Assembly (NCBI GenBank): GCA_026991575.1
Contig: JALXBF010000104.1
Coordinates: 1-55,891, forward strand
DNA length: 55,891 nucleotides
Direction of reading: 5' to 3'
Origin: Planctomycetota bacterium
Lineage (GTDB): Bacteria; Planctomycetota; Planctomycetia; JALXBF01
Shown piece by piece: positions 8,905-18,959 of the stretch. Each line of letters opens with the position of its first letter. Position 1 is the first letter of the stretch. Both the position numbers and the translations under genes were made by a program. The notes beneath the pieces are model-generated. The model had not been told where the DNA came from. It saw only the letters and a list, made by a program, of their open reading frames with translations, and did no database searches.

Positions 8905-10926
8905 ATGCGGAAGGGCACGATGAACATTTCCCGATGGCATCGTGGCTCGATGGTGTGGCTGCTGCTTTCCCCGCTGGTTTGCGTTCCACTGACCCTGTGG
9001 GCTCAGGCCGAGCACTACTTCCCGGGTGCTACCGTCGAGGTGCACTGGATGGGGGAGTGGCGCGTGGCCGAGGTCGTGCGTACCAACCCCAGCACGGGCT
9101 GGGTGCAGGTGCGCATGGTAATACACGGCGTGGAGATTCGGCCGATCTTGCCTCCCGCGCGCGTCCGTCCTGCCAAGAGGACGCAACGGCGAAGTGCCGG
9201 TCGTCCCTCGCACCGCTCCGGATTCGGTGCGCGCAGCGACGACGTGCTCAAACCAACCGTTACGGTGGACTGGGAGGACGCCACGAGGCTGCGCGTCCGG
9301 GACCTGCCGAAGAATCCGGTAAAGTGTGAGCCCGACCCATGTCCGTGGCATAGCGATCGCCCTCACCAGCCAGTCACTGTCGCAGTACAGAGCATGCAAC
9401 CGCCTGATGGTTCTTCACGCGCGCCAGTTCTGCAGGCGATCAAATGGGCCGGCCCGTACGCGGTTATCCGGGTAAGACGGCCGGGCGACGGTGAGGTGCT
9501 CGAACCGATCGACGTGCGCCATGGTCGATCCATCGGCTTTTATGGCGTCCCTCATGACCGGAAACTGGGGCCGCTGGCCCCGGACGGACGCACTTTCTTG
9601 TTGGAGATCCCGGCGTTCTTTGCTGCTAAGGTTCCCCTCGTGGAGCTGTGGCATGTGGTGGGCGGGAGGCCGGAGCTGATCGCACGCTGGGCTTGTGTGC
9701 AGGAGCGCGACAAGGAGTCGTTTCCGCCGGAGATTGTGAGTAGCCGGTTCCAGAGCACCAACGTCCTCGTGACTCGAACCGAAAGAAGGCTACTGGAGAA
9801 GGTTACATGGTGGGACATCCGGGGCGACCCGAAGCCGATCCAGATCTTGGCTGAGGAAAATGACCCACTTGCCATGATTCACGGGGTGGCCTTCAGCTGT
9901 GGAGGGCGGTACGCAGCGGTGTTGACCGCCAGAGGCGTGTTTCTTTTCGACGGACAATCTAGAAGATGGTTGGGGCAATGTATCGAGGGCTGGTACGGAT
10001 GCGCGGCTTTCAGCCATGACGGACGATATCTGGCTGCGTCAACGGCCGACGGGGTGTTCGTCGCTGATTTGACAGATCCGAAGCAGAGCATTTATGTTGA
10101 CTTTCCCCGCAAGTACGGTGGTTGTGTCGATACGTGGTGGGCGGACGATGAGCACATCGTCGTGAACACGGGACGTAGTTTCATCCTCGTGAACCTTAGT
10201 CTGCGTGCCGTACTTTGGATGTACCAGTACACCCCGAACGATGCTCGCATTGGCGGCGTGCCGCACCTGGGCATGTTTGTTGGGGTCAACAAAGCGGGTA
10301 CGCTGACGGCATGGCCTATTCCGCATTCTCCAGTGCGTGAGGCACTGCGAGAGTTGGTCAAGTCAGAGGCGTGGGCGTTGCGCCCCGGGGCTCGCGTTGA
10401 GCTCCGGCTGGGGCCGGGGCTAAGGGATGACCAGCGGGACGCGGCGCTGGCTGCGCTGCGCGCCATGCTCGAGCGGCGCGGTTTCGTGCCCGTGGATTCC
10501 GGCGCCAGGACGACCGTAGAAGTGAGCGTCGTGACGCAGGGCACTGAGCGCATGCGCTACGTCGAGGAGGAATCACGGTTTGGGGCCCCGGCATTCGGCC
10601 GTCCTGAAGAACCGTTCGCTGAACGGGAACAGGAGGTCGATGTGCCGCACTATGCCGTGAGGTTGCAGGTGCGAACTGGTGGCCGAGTCGTGTACTCGCG
10701 GGACTATCCCATCATACCCCCGTTCCGCTTCGAGCGGCGCAAGGGAGAGACGCTCCAGGAGGCGATTGAGCGAATCCAGAGGAATACCGCGCTATGGATA
10801 ATCCAAGACCTTGTCGACCTTCCACCCCGCATACTAGCGTACCCGGACGTAGGCTATTTCGGACGCACCCGTCTGACCGCTGACGGGTTCCAGGAGGTGG
10901 CGCGGTATGGCGTTCTCCGCCGCTGA
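8905..10926 (+). CDS. Secreted protein with Tudor/Agenet-like N-domain and WD40-like beta-propeller
   Basis: Signal peptide ending LWAQA, YFPGATVEVHWMGEWRVAEV, propeller repeats AFSCGGRYAAV and AFSHDGRYLAA. Start may be 8920 or 8950. Confidence 0.75.
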   Translation: MRKGTMNISRWHRGSMVWLLLSPLVCVPLTLWAQAEHYFPGATVEVHWMGEWRVAEVVRTNPSTGWVQVRMVIHGVEIRPILPPARVRPAKRTQRRSAGRPSHRSGFGARSDDVLKPTVTVDWEDATRLRVRDLPKNPVKCEPDPCPWHSDRPHQPVTVAVQSMQPPDGSSRAPVLQAIKWAGPYAVIRVRRPGDGEVLEPIDVRHGRSIGFYGVPHDRKLGPLAPDGRTFLLEIPAFFAAKVPLVELWHVVGGRPELIARWACVQERDKESFPPEIVSSRFQSTNVLVTRTERRLLEKVTWWDIRGDPKPIQILAEENDPLAMIHGVAFSCGGRYAAVLTARGVFLFDGQSRRWLGQCIEGWYGCAAFSHDGRYLAASTADGVFVADLTDPKQSIYVDFPRKYGGCVDTWWADDEHIVVNTGRSFILVNLSLRAVLWMYQYTPNDARIGGVPHLGMFVGVNKAGTLTAWPIPHSPVREALRELVKSEAWALRPGARVELRLGPGLRDDQRDAALAALRAMLERRGFVPVDSGARTTVEVSVVTQGTERMRYVEEESRFGAPAFGRPEEPFAEREQEVDVPHYAVRLQVRTGGRVVYSRDYPIIPPFRFERRKGETLQEAIERIQRNTALWIIQDLVDLPPRILAYPDVGYFGRTRLTADGFQEVARYGVLRR

Positions 10927-11023
10927 AAGCCCGCCTGGAAAGGGGGGGCAGTAGGCCGGCAACCCAAACGTAGCTTCAGGCCCAAGCGGCAGGGCCCTAA
11001 GCCCGAAACCCGCTGATCGCAAG

Positions 11024-13582
11024 ATGGCCGTTGTCACCTGTGAATTCTGCAATCAGTCGCTTTCCATACCCGATTCCGCCCGCGGCAAGAAGGTACGGTG
11101 TCCGCGGTGTGGCTGGATATTCCGAGCGGGGGTTGGTGGCGGGAGCAGTGCCGGGCAGGTCAGGCAACGCCAGAAGCAAGACCTGAACGCCTGGTTTGAG
11201 GACCCAGCCACGCCTTCCGGTCGCCAGACGACCAGGACCGAGCAGCGGTCTTCGGATGCCTGGTTTGAACAGCCGAGCAAGCCCGGCGTTCTTGGCAGCC
11301 CGGTGCCTCACAAAGCGGCACCGGCGTCACCTGCGACCGGTGGCTCGGGACCGGCCACTGGGCCCTCTGCACCGTCGCTTACCCCAACGGCATCCCAAGC
11401 GCACGCGTCCGTGCATGGGGCAACTGGACCGACGTACGCGCTTCCCATGGCCATTCCCGTTGACCCGGCGCTGGTTCCGCATCCGATTCCAGTTGCCATC
11501 CCGATTACCCCTGGCGTACCGAGCCCAGGATCTATGCCATCGGTGGGGCCGGGCGAATTCTCGAATGCGGGAACTGCGGCGGCCGTTTCAGCTGGCACAC
11601 CGGTGGAATCAACCCTTGGCATACCGGCGCCGTTATTCACTCGCACGGTCCTGCATGCGGCCATCGGAGCGGTCGGCTTGCTGCTTCTCGTCTTTGGCGT
11701 GATTGCGTTAGCTGGGAACGATGACAGCGGGCCGGGGTTCATGGCAGCCCAGTTGCTGATCGCTGCCGCGGTTGGTGGCCTGGCGGGCGCCGGGGTGGCA
11801 ATGACCTGTGCCAGCGAGTTTGGCCAGCGGACTCGTATGCTTGGGCGCCGCCTGTTGGTGGGCTCCGGATGTATGGCGCTGGTGCTGTGTGTGCTTCTTG
11901 GGATGTCGCTGGGCTGGGCGGACCTTGAGTGGCTGCGCCGCGGGGGTATCGGCGCGAGGGCCGACCGATCAGCGGATGACGTCTTGGAGTCTGCCGACGC
12001 GCTGGAAAAGGCGACGCGTGCCTACCGAGTCGCGATCGAATCGCTGGACGAGTTGGCAGATGCCCTGGCGCGGACCGACCTCGACGACTTGCAAGACCGC
12101 GATTATGCGGATCAGTTGCGTGGACACATATCCGAGGCACTTAGCGCCACGCGCGCGGCCAGAAACGCCTTGTCGCAAGTCTCCTTGATTGATGCGTGTG
12201 AACTGGAGGAGAGGTACCTGCCGAAGCTCGCGCGCATCGTGGAACGGATCCATAGCGCGCTGGACCGTCTCGCGCGGGAGGACCAACGGGCGGACGATCT
12301 GAACTTCGTCTGGGCGCGCAGAGAACTCCGGAATCTTCAGACCGCATTCGATTCGTGGTGGTCGCTAAGTTCGTTGGCGTACGGACTGTCTCCCCTCAGG
12401 AACGCTCGGCGTCGCGTCGGCGATCGGTTTTACGTGCTGCGGATCGACGAGCTTCCTCAGACGGATACCCCGGCCACCCGATGCGCCCGGATTCTCTTCC
12501 GCCTCCGGCTGTACAAAGTCGTGTGGGAACTAGCAGGATATGGGCCAAGATCGATTATGTGGAGGGCGGCCGTATGGGATAAACCAAGCAGTTATCTGAT
12601 CCTTCGGTCGTTGAGGATGGATGCCTCTCGAATCGAGGACACTGTCGAGGGCGACTTTGTTGCATATTGCAATCCACTACCGACAGCCGATGAGGTCGTC
12701 GCCTTCTGCAGAGGCGAGCTGGCGCAGGTTCGGGAGCGGTTACAACGGGTCGTCGACATCGTGGACTATGACGACGAGGCCCGCTGGATCAAGGCGGTCC
12801 CCAATCAGGCGACGCGGAACGCCATGCTGGCCTGGACGCAGGCAGTGCGCGACGAAGTCGATGAGGCCATCCTGTACCTGGATCAGTCGCCCACCTGGAA
12901 TGCGATGGCCGGGTTTGCCTGCGAGCTCTTGCGCGCGCACCCCAGGGACGAACGGGCAGACCGAGTGGCGGCAGAGTTGATCAGGATGCTCCGAGATGCT
13001 GACCTACACGAGAAGGACAAGGTCGTCGCAGCACTGTCGCGGTGGATGACTGCTGATGTGGCCTTGGAGGCCTTGAGACTGCTCATAGAGTCCAAAGGAA
13101 ACACGTCGCAGTGGGAAAAGGAGTTCTTCGAGGCTCTGGCTGGGTCGGACCTCGTCGATGACCGGTTCATCGATCCGCTTCTGAAGATCTACTATAGCAA
13201 GACTGGAGTGATTGCGGAACAATGGTTTCCGTCGCTCTGTCGAATCCTGGCACGGTTCGGATCGCGCGTGGAGGAACGCGTGCTGACGGTAATGTGGCGC
13301 CGTGCAACGGCGCTACGCGCCGGGGCAGAGGTTCTGGCGGTAGTCCGGCTGCTCGGTGACATCGGTACCGAGAGGAGCATTCCTGTGCTCGAGGCGATAC
13401 GGACCTACGCGGAGATGGCTCAGGAGAAGGACAGAGCCCGTTTCAGCCCGGAGTTCTTCGGTACGCCGTTGGAGGAGATCATTTCGGCTGCAGAGGAGGC
13501 TATGGCAAGGATCCGGAAGCGCACCGGATCGGATGGTAGTAGGCGTCAGGTCTCGACGACAAGCAGGTCCTCCGACTCATGA
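11024..13582 (+). CDS. Zinc-ribbon (MJ0042-like) membrane protein with C-terminal HEAT-like repeats
   Basis: CEFC...GKKVRCPRC, Pro-rich linker, about 3 TM helices, C-terminal LLGDIGTERSIPVLE. Confidence 0.8.
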   Translation: MAVVTCEFCNQSLSIPDSARGKKVRCPRCGWIFRAGVGGGSSAGQVRQRQKQDLNAWFEDPATPSGRQTTRTEQRSSDAWFEQPSKPGVLGSPVPHKAAPASPATGGSGPATGPSAPSLTPTASQAHASVHGATGPTYALPMAIPVDPALVPHPIPVAIPITPGVPSPGSMPSVGPGEFSNAGTAAAVSAGTPVESTLGIPAPLFTRTVLHAAIGAVGLLLLVFGVIALAGNDDSGPGFMAAQLLIAAAVGGLAGAGVAMTCASEFGQRTRMLGRRLLVGSGCMALVLCVLLGMSLGWADLEWLRRGGIGARADRSADDVLESADALEKATRAYRVAIESLDELADALARTDLDDLQDRDYADQLRGHISEALSATRAARNALSQVSLIDACELEERYLPKLARIVERIHSALDRLAREDQRADDLNFVWARRELRNLQTAFDSWWSLSSLAYGLSPLRNARRRVGDRFYVLRIDELPQTDTPATRCARILFRLRLYKVVWELAGYGPRSIMWRAAVWDKPSSYLILRSLRMDASRIEDTVEGDFVAYCNPLPTADEVVAFCRGELAQVRERLQRVVDIVDYDDEARWIKAVPNQATRNAMLAWTQAVRDEVDEAILYLDQSPTWNAMAGFACELLRAHPRDERADRVAAELIRMLRDADLHEKDKVVAALSRWMTADVALEALRLLIESKGNTSQWEKEFFEALAGSDLVDDRFIDPLLKIYYSKTGVIAEQWFPSLCRILARFGSRVEERVLTVMWRRATALRAGAEVLAVVRLLGDIGTERSIPVLEAIRTYAEMAQEKDRARFSPEFFGTPLEEIISAAEEAMARIRKRTGSDGSRRQVSTTSRSSDS

Positions 13583-14883
13583 CCGGACCGTTGACCCCCC
13601 ACAGTGTCCGCTTCCGTGCATGTGCGTATGCGATTGTTTCGTTCCTTGCGGCCGCGTTAGCCGAATGGCAGAGCCTGGCCGGCGAGATGCAGTTCAAGCG
13701 ACTGCACGGGGAGCCGGTCTATCTGGCCGTGCCCAGGGATTTTGGCAGCGTGCCGCCTGAGCCGAACATGGCAGTCTTCGGGTCGCTCGGCCGACAGTGG
13801 GCGGAACGCTGGGGCCAAGAGCGCCTTGTCATCTTCCATTGCCGGTTGCTACCAGTGCTATTTGACAGTTCACTCGGTCGCTTTCCTCAGTTGATAGCCA
13901 CCGAACTGCACGATCGCGTGTCCGAACTTGCAGACCGTGGGCAACGGGTTTCGATCGCGTGCGTGCTGATGCATGCGGACGCGTTTGTGCTGGCTGCCCC
14001 CATGCCACCCATTGACGAACTCGTGCAGCGAATCAACTTTGGCATCGTACACGACGTGAATCGGCAGCATCGGGTTGTGACCGTGTTCGTCACGCAGCTG
14101 GATCGCGGGCCTGGTAAGTTGGCAGGGTTTGCTCCGAGCAGTCCGCGAAGAACCGGTTCCAGCGCTGGAGAAAGCAGGGCTGCTTCAGGGGCAGAGGGCA
14201 TGTCGACCTCGGATTCGTACGAGGCGGCGCTGGAAGGTTTGCGGTCAAACGAAGCGCACCGCATCATGGCCGCTTGCGCGTATCTTACGCGTCACATGCC
14301 GGAGAAGGGGCAGCTTGCGTCGGTGGTTGCCCGACTGCATGAATTGCTGCAACATGAGAATCTTGCCGTGCAGATAGCGGCCCTCGAAGCAACCACCGTG
14401 TGGTACAACGAAGAAACGCCACGCTACGTCGTCCGATGCCTGAAGAACCCGGCGACGCGCACGCAGGCTGCCATGGTGCTGGCCCTCATTGGTACGCCGG
14501 AAGCGATCCAGCGTCTGGCCGATCAGCTCGATGCACGAGATCCGCTCGTTCGGCGTGTCGTGGCGGAGGCCCTTCTGATCGTCGGGCCTGCCGCCGAGGA
14601 GTACGTCTGGCCGTACCTCAGCAGAGGCAGCGCACCGATACGAATCCTGGCGTGTCAAATCCTGCAGCGGATCGGAACCGGCAGGAGCTTGGATACGCTC
14701 AACCGCGTGGCCCGAACCGCTCGCAGCCCACAGCTGCGGCGCGCCGCAGAGCTTGCCATCGCAGCCATCACCAGCAACCGCGAACGCCTCAGCGCAGGGA
14801 GTGATAGTGGGCAGACGGAACCTCCAACGCCGGCGAGCCAACCAGAGGATGCTGCTGCTGGCCACGCGCTGTCGCCGCCGTAG
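13579..14883 (+). CDS. HEAT-repeat protein
   Basis: ATGA overlap with the upstream gene. Repeats AAMVLALIGTPEAI, VAEALLIVGPAAE and ACQILQRIGTGRSL. Confidence 0.78.
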   Translation: MTGPLTPHSVRFRACAYAIVSFLAAALAEWQSLAGEMQFKRLHGEPVYLAVPRDFGSVPPEPNMAVFGSLGRQWAERWGQERLVIFHCRLLPVLFDSSLGRFPQLIATELHDRVSELADRGQRVSIACVLMHADAFVLAAPMPPIDELVQRINFGIVHDVNRQHRVVTVFVTQLDRGPGKLAGFAPSSPRRTGSSAGESRAASGAEGMSTSDSYEAALEGLRSNEAHRIMAACAYLTRHMPEKGQLASVVARLHELLQHENLAVQIAALEATTVWYNEETPRYVVRCLKNPATRTQAAMVLALIGTPEAIQRLADQLDARDPLVRRVVAEALLIVGPAAEEYVWPYLSRGSAPIRILACQILQRIGTGRSLDTLNRVARTARSPQLRRAAELAIAAITSNRERLSAGSDSGQTEPPTPASQPEDAAAGHALSPP

Positions 14884-15675
14884 TAGAGCAGAAGCTTAGC
14901 ACTTGCCCCAGCCCATGGTTAACTGAACCTGTCGCACAGAAGCGAACCAGCAGCGATCCGACGTCGTTGCTGCTGGGGCCGTGCGCGCCGGTACGCGAAA
15001 CGTACTTGTCAAGAAAGCCCGAGGGCCGGTCCTCTGGGCGATCCGAACGTTTCCGCGTGGTGCACCCCCGACCGCGCGGCTAGCTGGTCCATCGATCCGA
15101 GCCCGAGACATACGCGACGGAATCAGGGGCCGTTCGCCCCACACTGCTCCACGCCAAACGCACACGCGTTGCCCCAACTTGTCGCTCAATTGGAACAGGC
15201 CATGGGGCCGCACCTCCTCATCGTGTTCGGGACTCTGCACAATCAGGGTGGTACGTTCAAGCTGGTGGCAGCTGACTTAGCCATGCAGATGATCGCCCTC
15301 GGTAAGGTCCGGTCACCGGTTCGAGCCATCAAGAGGGGCGTGAAAGGCGTGTCGGTGGTGGGGTCCGGTCGGACGCGGTTTCAGTGGTGGTCCTTTGCAC
15401 GCGTTGCCGGCATCGTGAGCCAGTCTGCGGGACGAGACAGTGCCGTCGATTGCGGACCGCCGCGTACGACCGCTGGGTGGGAGCGATCGGACGGTCCACG
15501 CTTCGGCGACCGTCCTGCTAACGCCGGGCGAGACCGGCGGAACTGGCTATTTGCACGGGGCTTTGCGGACCATTTCCACGAGTTGGCGTATCGTGCCCTC
15601 GTGATCCCTTCCCGGCCGTAGCGGTTACAATGACGTGGCGGCTTTACAGGATTCGCAATCGGCGGTTCGGCAGGT

Positions 15676-16719
15676 ATGAGCGTACCAAGCCAGGTTGCGG
15701 TCAAGTGCCCTAATTGCTGGCAAGCCGTTGGGTTGCCGCCCCACACCCCCGAAGGAGCCGCGTTTCAATGTCCCCTGTGCCGTGGCTACTTCCGCGCGCC
15801 CGCTTCGTGGACGTCCACGTCGGATCAAGGAACTGGATCGGGGCTGGTGGGAGGGACAACCGGTGCGACCGGTGCTGCGTTCATGCCGGGAGATTACCCT
15901 TCGGCTGACCTGGGCAGCCTGGCGATGGAGGTGGAGCAGACCGGCACGACGCTGCCCCGACTGAAGCGTGAACGGATCAGCCCGGCTGGGGGGCGAGCCA
16001 AGCGGAGACGCGGCCGCAGACGCACTCAGGCCGCCGAGATTCACTGGGCGCAATGGTGGGCGCGCACGATCCGTACTTATCCCTCGTATGCGTTCCGAAG
16101 TGTTTTGGGCCTGGTTATCGGCACGGGCGTTGTTGTCGGCGGGGTCGCCATCGTCATGTTCCTCTTGTCGCTCATTTCACTGACGATCAAACTGGGCGTG
16201 CTCATCGTTCTTTCTGTGTGTCTGCTGCTCGGATCAATTGGTGGCGTCATCCGTGGCACCACGTTGACGATACTTGGATATCGTGTCTCTCTCGGTGATT
16301 TCATGCCCTTGGGCTCCGACGTCCTGTTTTTCAGCTCCGAGGCGATCCGGGCGGGCTTCCTGTTCTTGCTCGCGTTCGTGCTTCCGCTCCCCTTCGCGCT
16401 GCCTGTTGTCCTCCTGACGAGGGCGTTCGCCACCACCGGGCTTATCGTTGGGCTGCCCATCGCTGCACTGGGGCTGATTTGCTGGGCACGGCTCATCTTC
16501 GCCGCGAATGCATCCGTGGCCGAAGGTCTGACAGTTGGCCAGGCACTGGGGCGGAGTATCGAGTTGACGTCCGGGCGAGCGCTTCGCGTCAGCGGGGCGG
16601 TGCTAGCGGGATATGTCTGTACGCTGGCGCTCGCGTTGATCCCCGTGCTGGGCATTTTCGCCTGGCCGTTCTGGGTCGGCTACCTGGCCGCCGGGTACAC
16701 GGTGTTGGCCGAGGAGTAA
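15676..16719 (+). CDS. Zinc-ribbon multi-pass membrane protein
   Basis: VKCPNC...FQCPLC N-terminus, about 6 hydrophobic helices, ALGRSIELTSGR motif. Confidence 0.82.
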   Translation: MSVPSQVAVKCPNCWQAVGLPPHTPEGAAFQCPLCRGYFRAPASWTSTSDQGTGSGLVGGTTGATGAAFMPGDYPSADLGSLAMEVEQTGTTLPRLKRERISPAGGRAKRRRGRRRTQAAEIHWAQWWARTIRTYPSYAFRSVLGLVIGTGVVVGGVAIVMFLLSLISLTIKLGVLIVLSVCLLLGSIGGVIRGTTLTILGYRVSLGDFMPLGSDVLFFSSEAIRAGFLFLLAFVLPLPFALPVVLLTRAFATTGLIVGLPIAALGLICWARLIFAANASVAEGLTVGQALGRSIELTSGRALRVSGAVLAGYVCTLALALIPVLGIFAWPFWVGYLAAGYTVLAEE

Positions 16720-16789
16720 CGTTGTCCTGTGCCCGCTCGTGGAAGTGACGCTCGGCAGTCGGACCGTGCAGGGCATCTCTTGCTTAGAC

Positions 16790-17045
16790 CATGGGCAAGC
16801 GCCTCAAGTGGGACGGCGACCACTTGATGTGGCCGAGTCGTTAGGACTGATCTCGGCATTTGTGAAGCTTGGGGGCGACGCTTCCTTTGCGGAGCATAGG
16901 CTGTTCAGCCTGGAGGCAGCCCAGGCGGTAGCCTGTCGCACTTCTCGTGCGTAAGACCACCGGACGGAGCACTGTATAGCGGGAATAGCGGCTGTGGCGC
17001 TCGGAGACGGCGGGCTGCGGGCAATCCGCCCATGTGACCCCCTTC
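16790..17045 (+). mobile_element. Degenerate group II intron relic (IEP C-terminal tail plus domain V/VI-like sequence)
   Basis: DASFAEHRLFSLEAAQAVACRTSRA* resembles the IEP tail NAFFAEHGLFSL..A. It is followed by ACCACCGGACGGAGCACTGTATAGCGGGAATAG...CTCGGAG...ACCCCC, a decayed DV/DVI. Confidence 0.55.
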
Positions 17046-17507
17046 GGACATTCTCTGAATAGCATCCGCGGTCTCCTTTCCGATCTCTTTCGGCCCCACC
17101 GCCCCGGTCCGCGGCGGCAGGGCAGTGCTCGGGTGCCATACGGCGGAGAGTTGCCACACGGGGCACGGCCGAAGAAGACATCCCTTCACCGTCTCGGCCG
17201 CGTCTGCGGTAGGCGCACTCGGTCCGACCACGCCCTGGAGCCGATCGACCCCCTCTTACGCGGCCTCGATAGGTCCGACCATCTCGACCGGCTCCCATTC
17301 CGTTTGGCCACCGGTCCGACCGTTGGGCCTATCCCACATGGCCCCTCCTGTAGGCTCTGTCCTGGTCATGCTCCTAGGCGACCCGGCAGCTGAACTGGCC
17401 AGCACTTCACACGTCCATGGTCGTCTGAAACGAGATGTGTTACGGTATCCACGTGTCCTTTGCCGTGATTGCCCGTCCGCGTTGCGGTCACAAGAGGGCG
17501 GCGTTCG

Positions 17508-18899
17508 ATGCACTCCGTGGAGCATCTGTCCGTCGACCAGACAGTCATCAGCCGGCGGCGGTTCTTGCACCACGCCGCTGCACTGGGCACCGGGCTACTG
17601 GCGGCACGTTCGACCTCCGGGGGCGGACACCTCGGGCCATTGGAAGTGTTGAACCCGCGGGACCGCGTGCCGATCTCCTTCGTGATCGACGACTCCACCT
17701 GCCTGGTGAACATGGGGCATTTCTGCATGCCTCAGTTCGCCGCGGCATGGTCCAAACGTGCCGAGTACCGCAAACCGTGGAGGGAGTGGCCCCGTGAGAT
17801 TCCCGACGCATTCGTGCGCGAGTTCCTGGAGTTCTGCGCAGAGTACGGCGTCCGCGGCAAGTACAGCGTTGTCCCGTACCCGGCGCTGGTAGGCTGGCTG
17901 GATCGTGAGTTGCCCGGGTGGTCAAGAAAGGAGCTGCGGGCCAGCCTGAAGCTGGTGCGCGACGAAGTGTGCCCCGCGTTCGACATCCATCCGGAGATGA
18001 TCACGCACACGCGAGTGATCGATCTGCGCACCGGGCGACCGCTGGAGCCCGTCAGCCCCGCCACGATGGAAAACAGCTATCCGCAGGAGAAGAAGAGCGT
18101 CGATGAGTTGGCCGCATACCTGGCCTACGCTCTGCGCATTTTGAAAAACTGCGACTTGCCCTGCGAAGGCATCACGACGCCCGGGGGATTCGGAAACCGA
18201 GTCAAACGTGAATTGTCGCTGGCGGTGCAGCAAGCCGTGCGCGATGTCTACGGCGCGGAAATCCCGCACTACTTCAAGTATGTGGTCGATCCTGGAGAGG
18301 ACCCGCAACCACGGCTGGAGCACGTCCGCCACGGCAACGACGGATCGATCGACCTGACGGTCAACGTGCCAGCGGGCACCGGCGATTGGTTCGGCGGCTG
18401 GGACGGGGCCCGGAAGCCGGAGCCGGACCGTTACGCCACGCCAGACGGAACCGAAGGAGCAATGGTCCACTGGATCCGCCGCGGTGGACCTGCCATCATG
18501 CTGTGCCATTGGCCTGGTCTGTACTGCAACGGGTCAAAGGACGGGTTCCGTGCCTTCCAGCAGGTGGTCCGTTCGCTGCACGAGCATTTTGCCGACCGGA
18601 TCGTGTGGCTCAAGTTGAGCGAGATCGCCAGGTACTGGGCCGTGCGTCAGCTTGCCACCCTGCGGCTGGCCGGGCGAAGCATCGAAATCGAGACCCCGTT
18701 TGCGTGCTCGGAGTTCACGTTTCGCTGGCACGGCACGCCCCGCCAGGAGCCCCGTCTCGAGCGGCCGGATCGAATGGTCCAGACCTTGCGTCGCGCTGGC
18801 CGCCGTACTGAGCTCCGCTCCGGCACCTACTGGGCAGACCGGGAAACGGTGGTTTTCTGCGTGAACGTTCCCAGGGGGCAATCGAGAATGCTGGTCTAA
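17508..18899 (+). CDS. Tat-exported hypothetical protein, possibly polysaccharide deacetylase-like fold
   Basis: ISRRRFLHHAAALG twin-arginine signal. SFVIDDS, GVRGKYSVVP, HPEMITH and GITTPGGFG segments. Confidence 0.8.
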   Translation: MHSVEHLSVDQTVISRRRFLHHAAALGTGLLAARSTSGGGHLGPLEVLNPRDRVPISFVIDDSTCLVNMGHFCMPQFAAAWSKRAEYRKPWREWPREIPDAFVREFLEFCAEYGVRGKYSVVPYPALVGWLDRELPGWSRKELRASLKLVRDEVCPAFDIHPEMITHTRVIDLRTGRPLEPVSPATMENSYPQEKKSVDELAAYLAYALRILKNCDLPCEGITTPGGFGNRVKRELSLAVQQAVRDVYGAEIPHYFKYVVDPGEDPQPRLEHVRHGNDGSIDLTVNVPAGTGDWFGGWDGARKPEPDRYATPDGTEGAMVHWIRRGGPAIMLCHWPGLYCNGSKDGFRAFQQVVRSLHEHFADRIVWLKLSEIARYWAVRQLATLRLAGRSIEIETPFACSEFTFRWHGTPRQEPRLERPDRMVQTLRRAGRRTELRSGTYWADRETVVFCVNVPRGQSRMLV

Positions 18900-18959
18900 C
18901 AAAGCGTTGTGCTGACTGGCGGCAAAGATGTTGGCACTCCGGAGTCGAGGAGAACGAAC

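Noticed and set aside
6988..8923. Long + strand ORFs 6988..8124 and 7841..8923
   Set aside because: Antisense shadows of aguA and the tRNA, typical of high-GC DNA.
14896..15621. ORFs 15169..15621 (+) and 14896..15240 (-)
   Set aside because: No recognisable motifs or good RBS. Possibly a decayed gene, but I cannot support a call.
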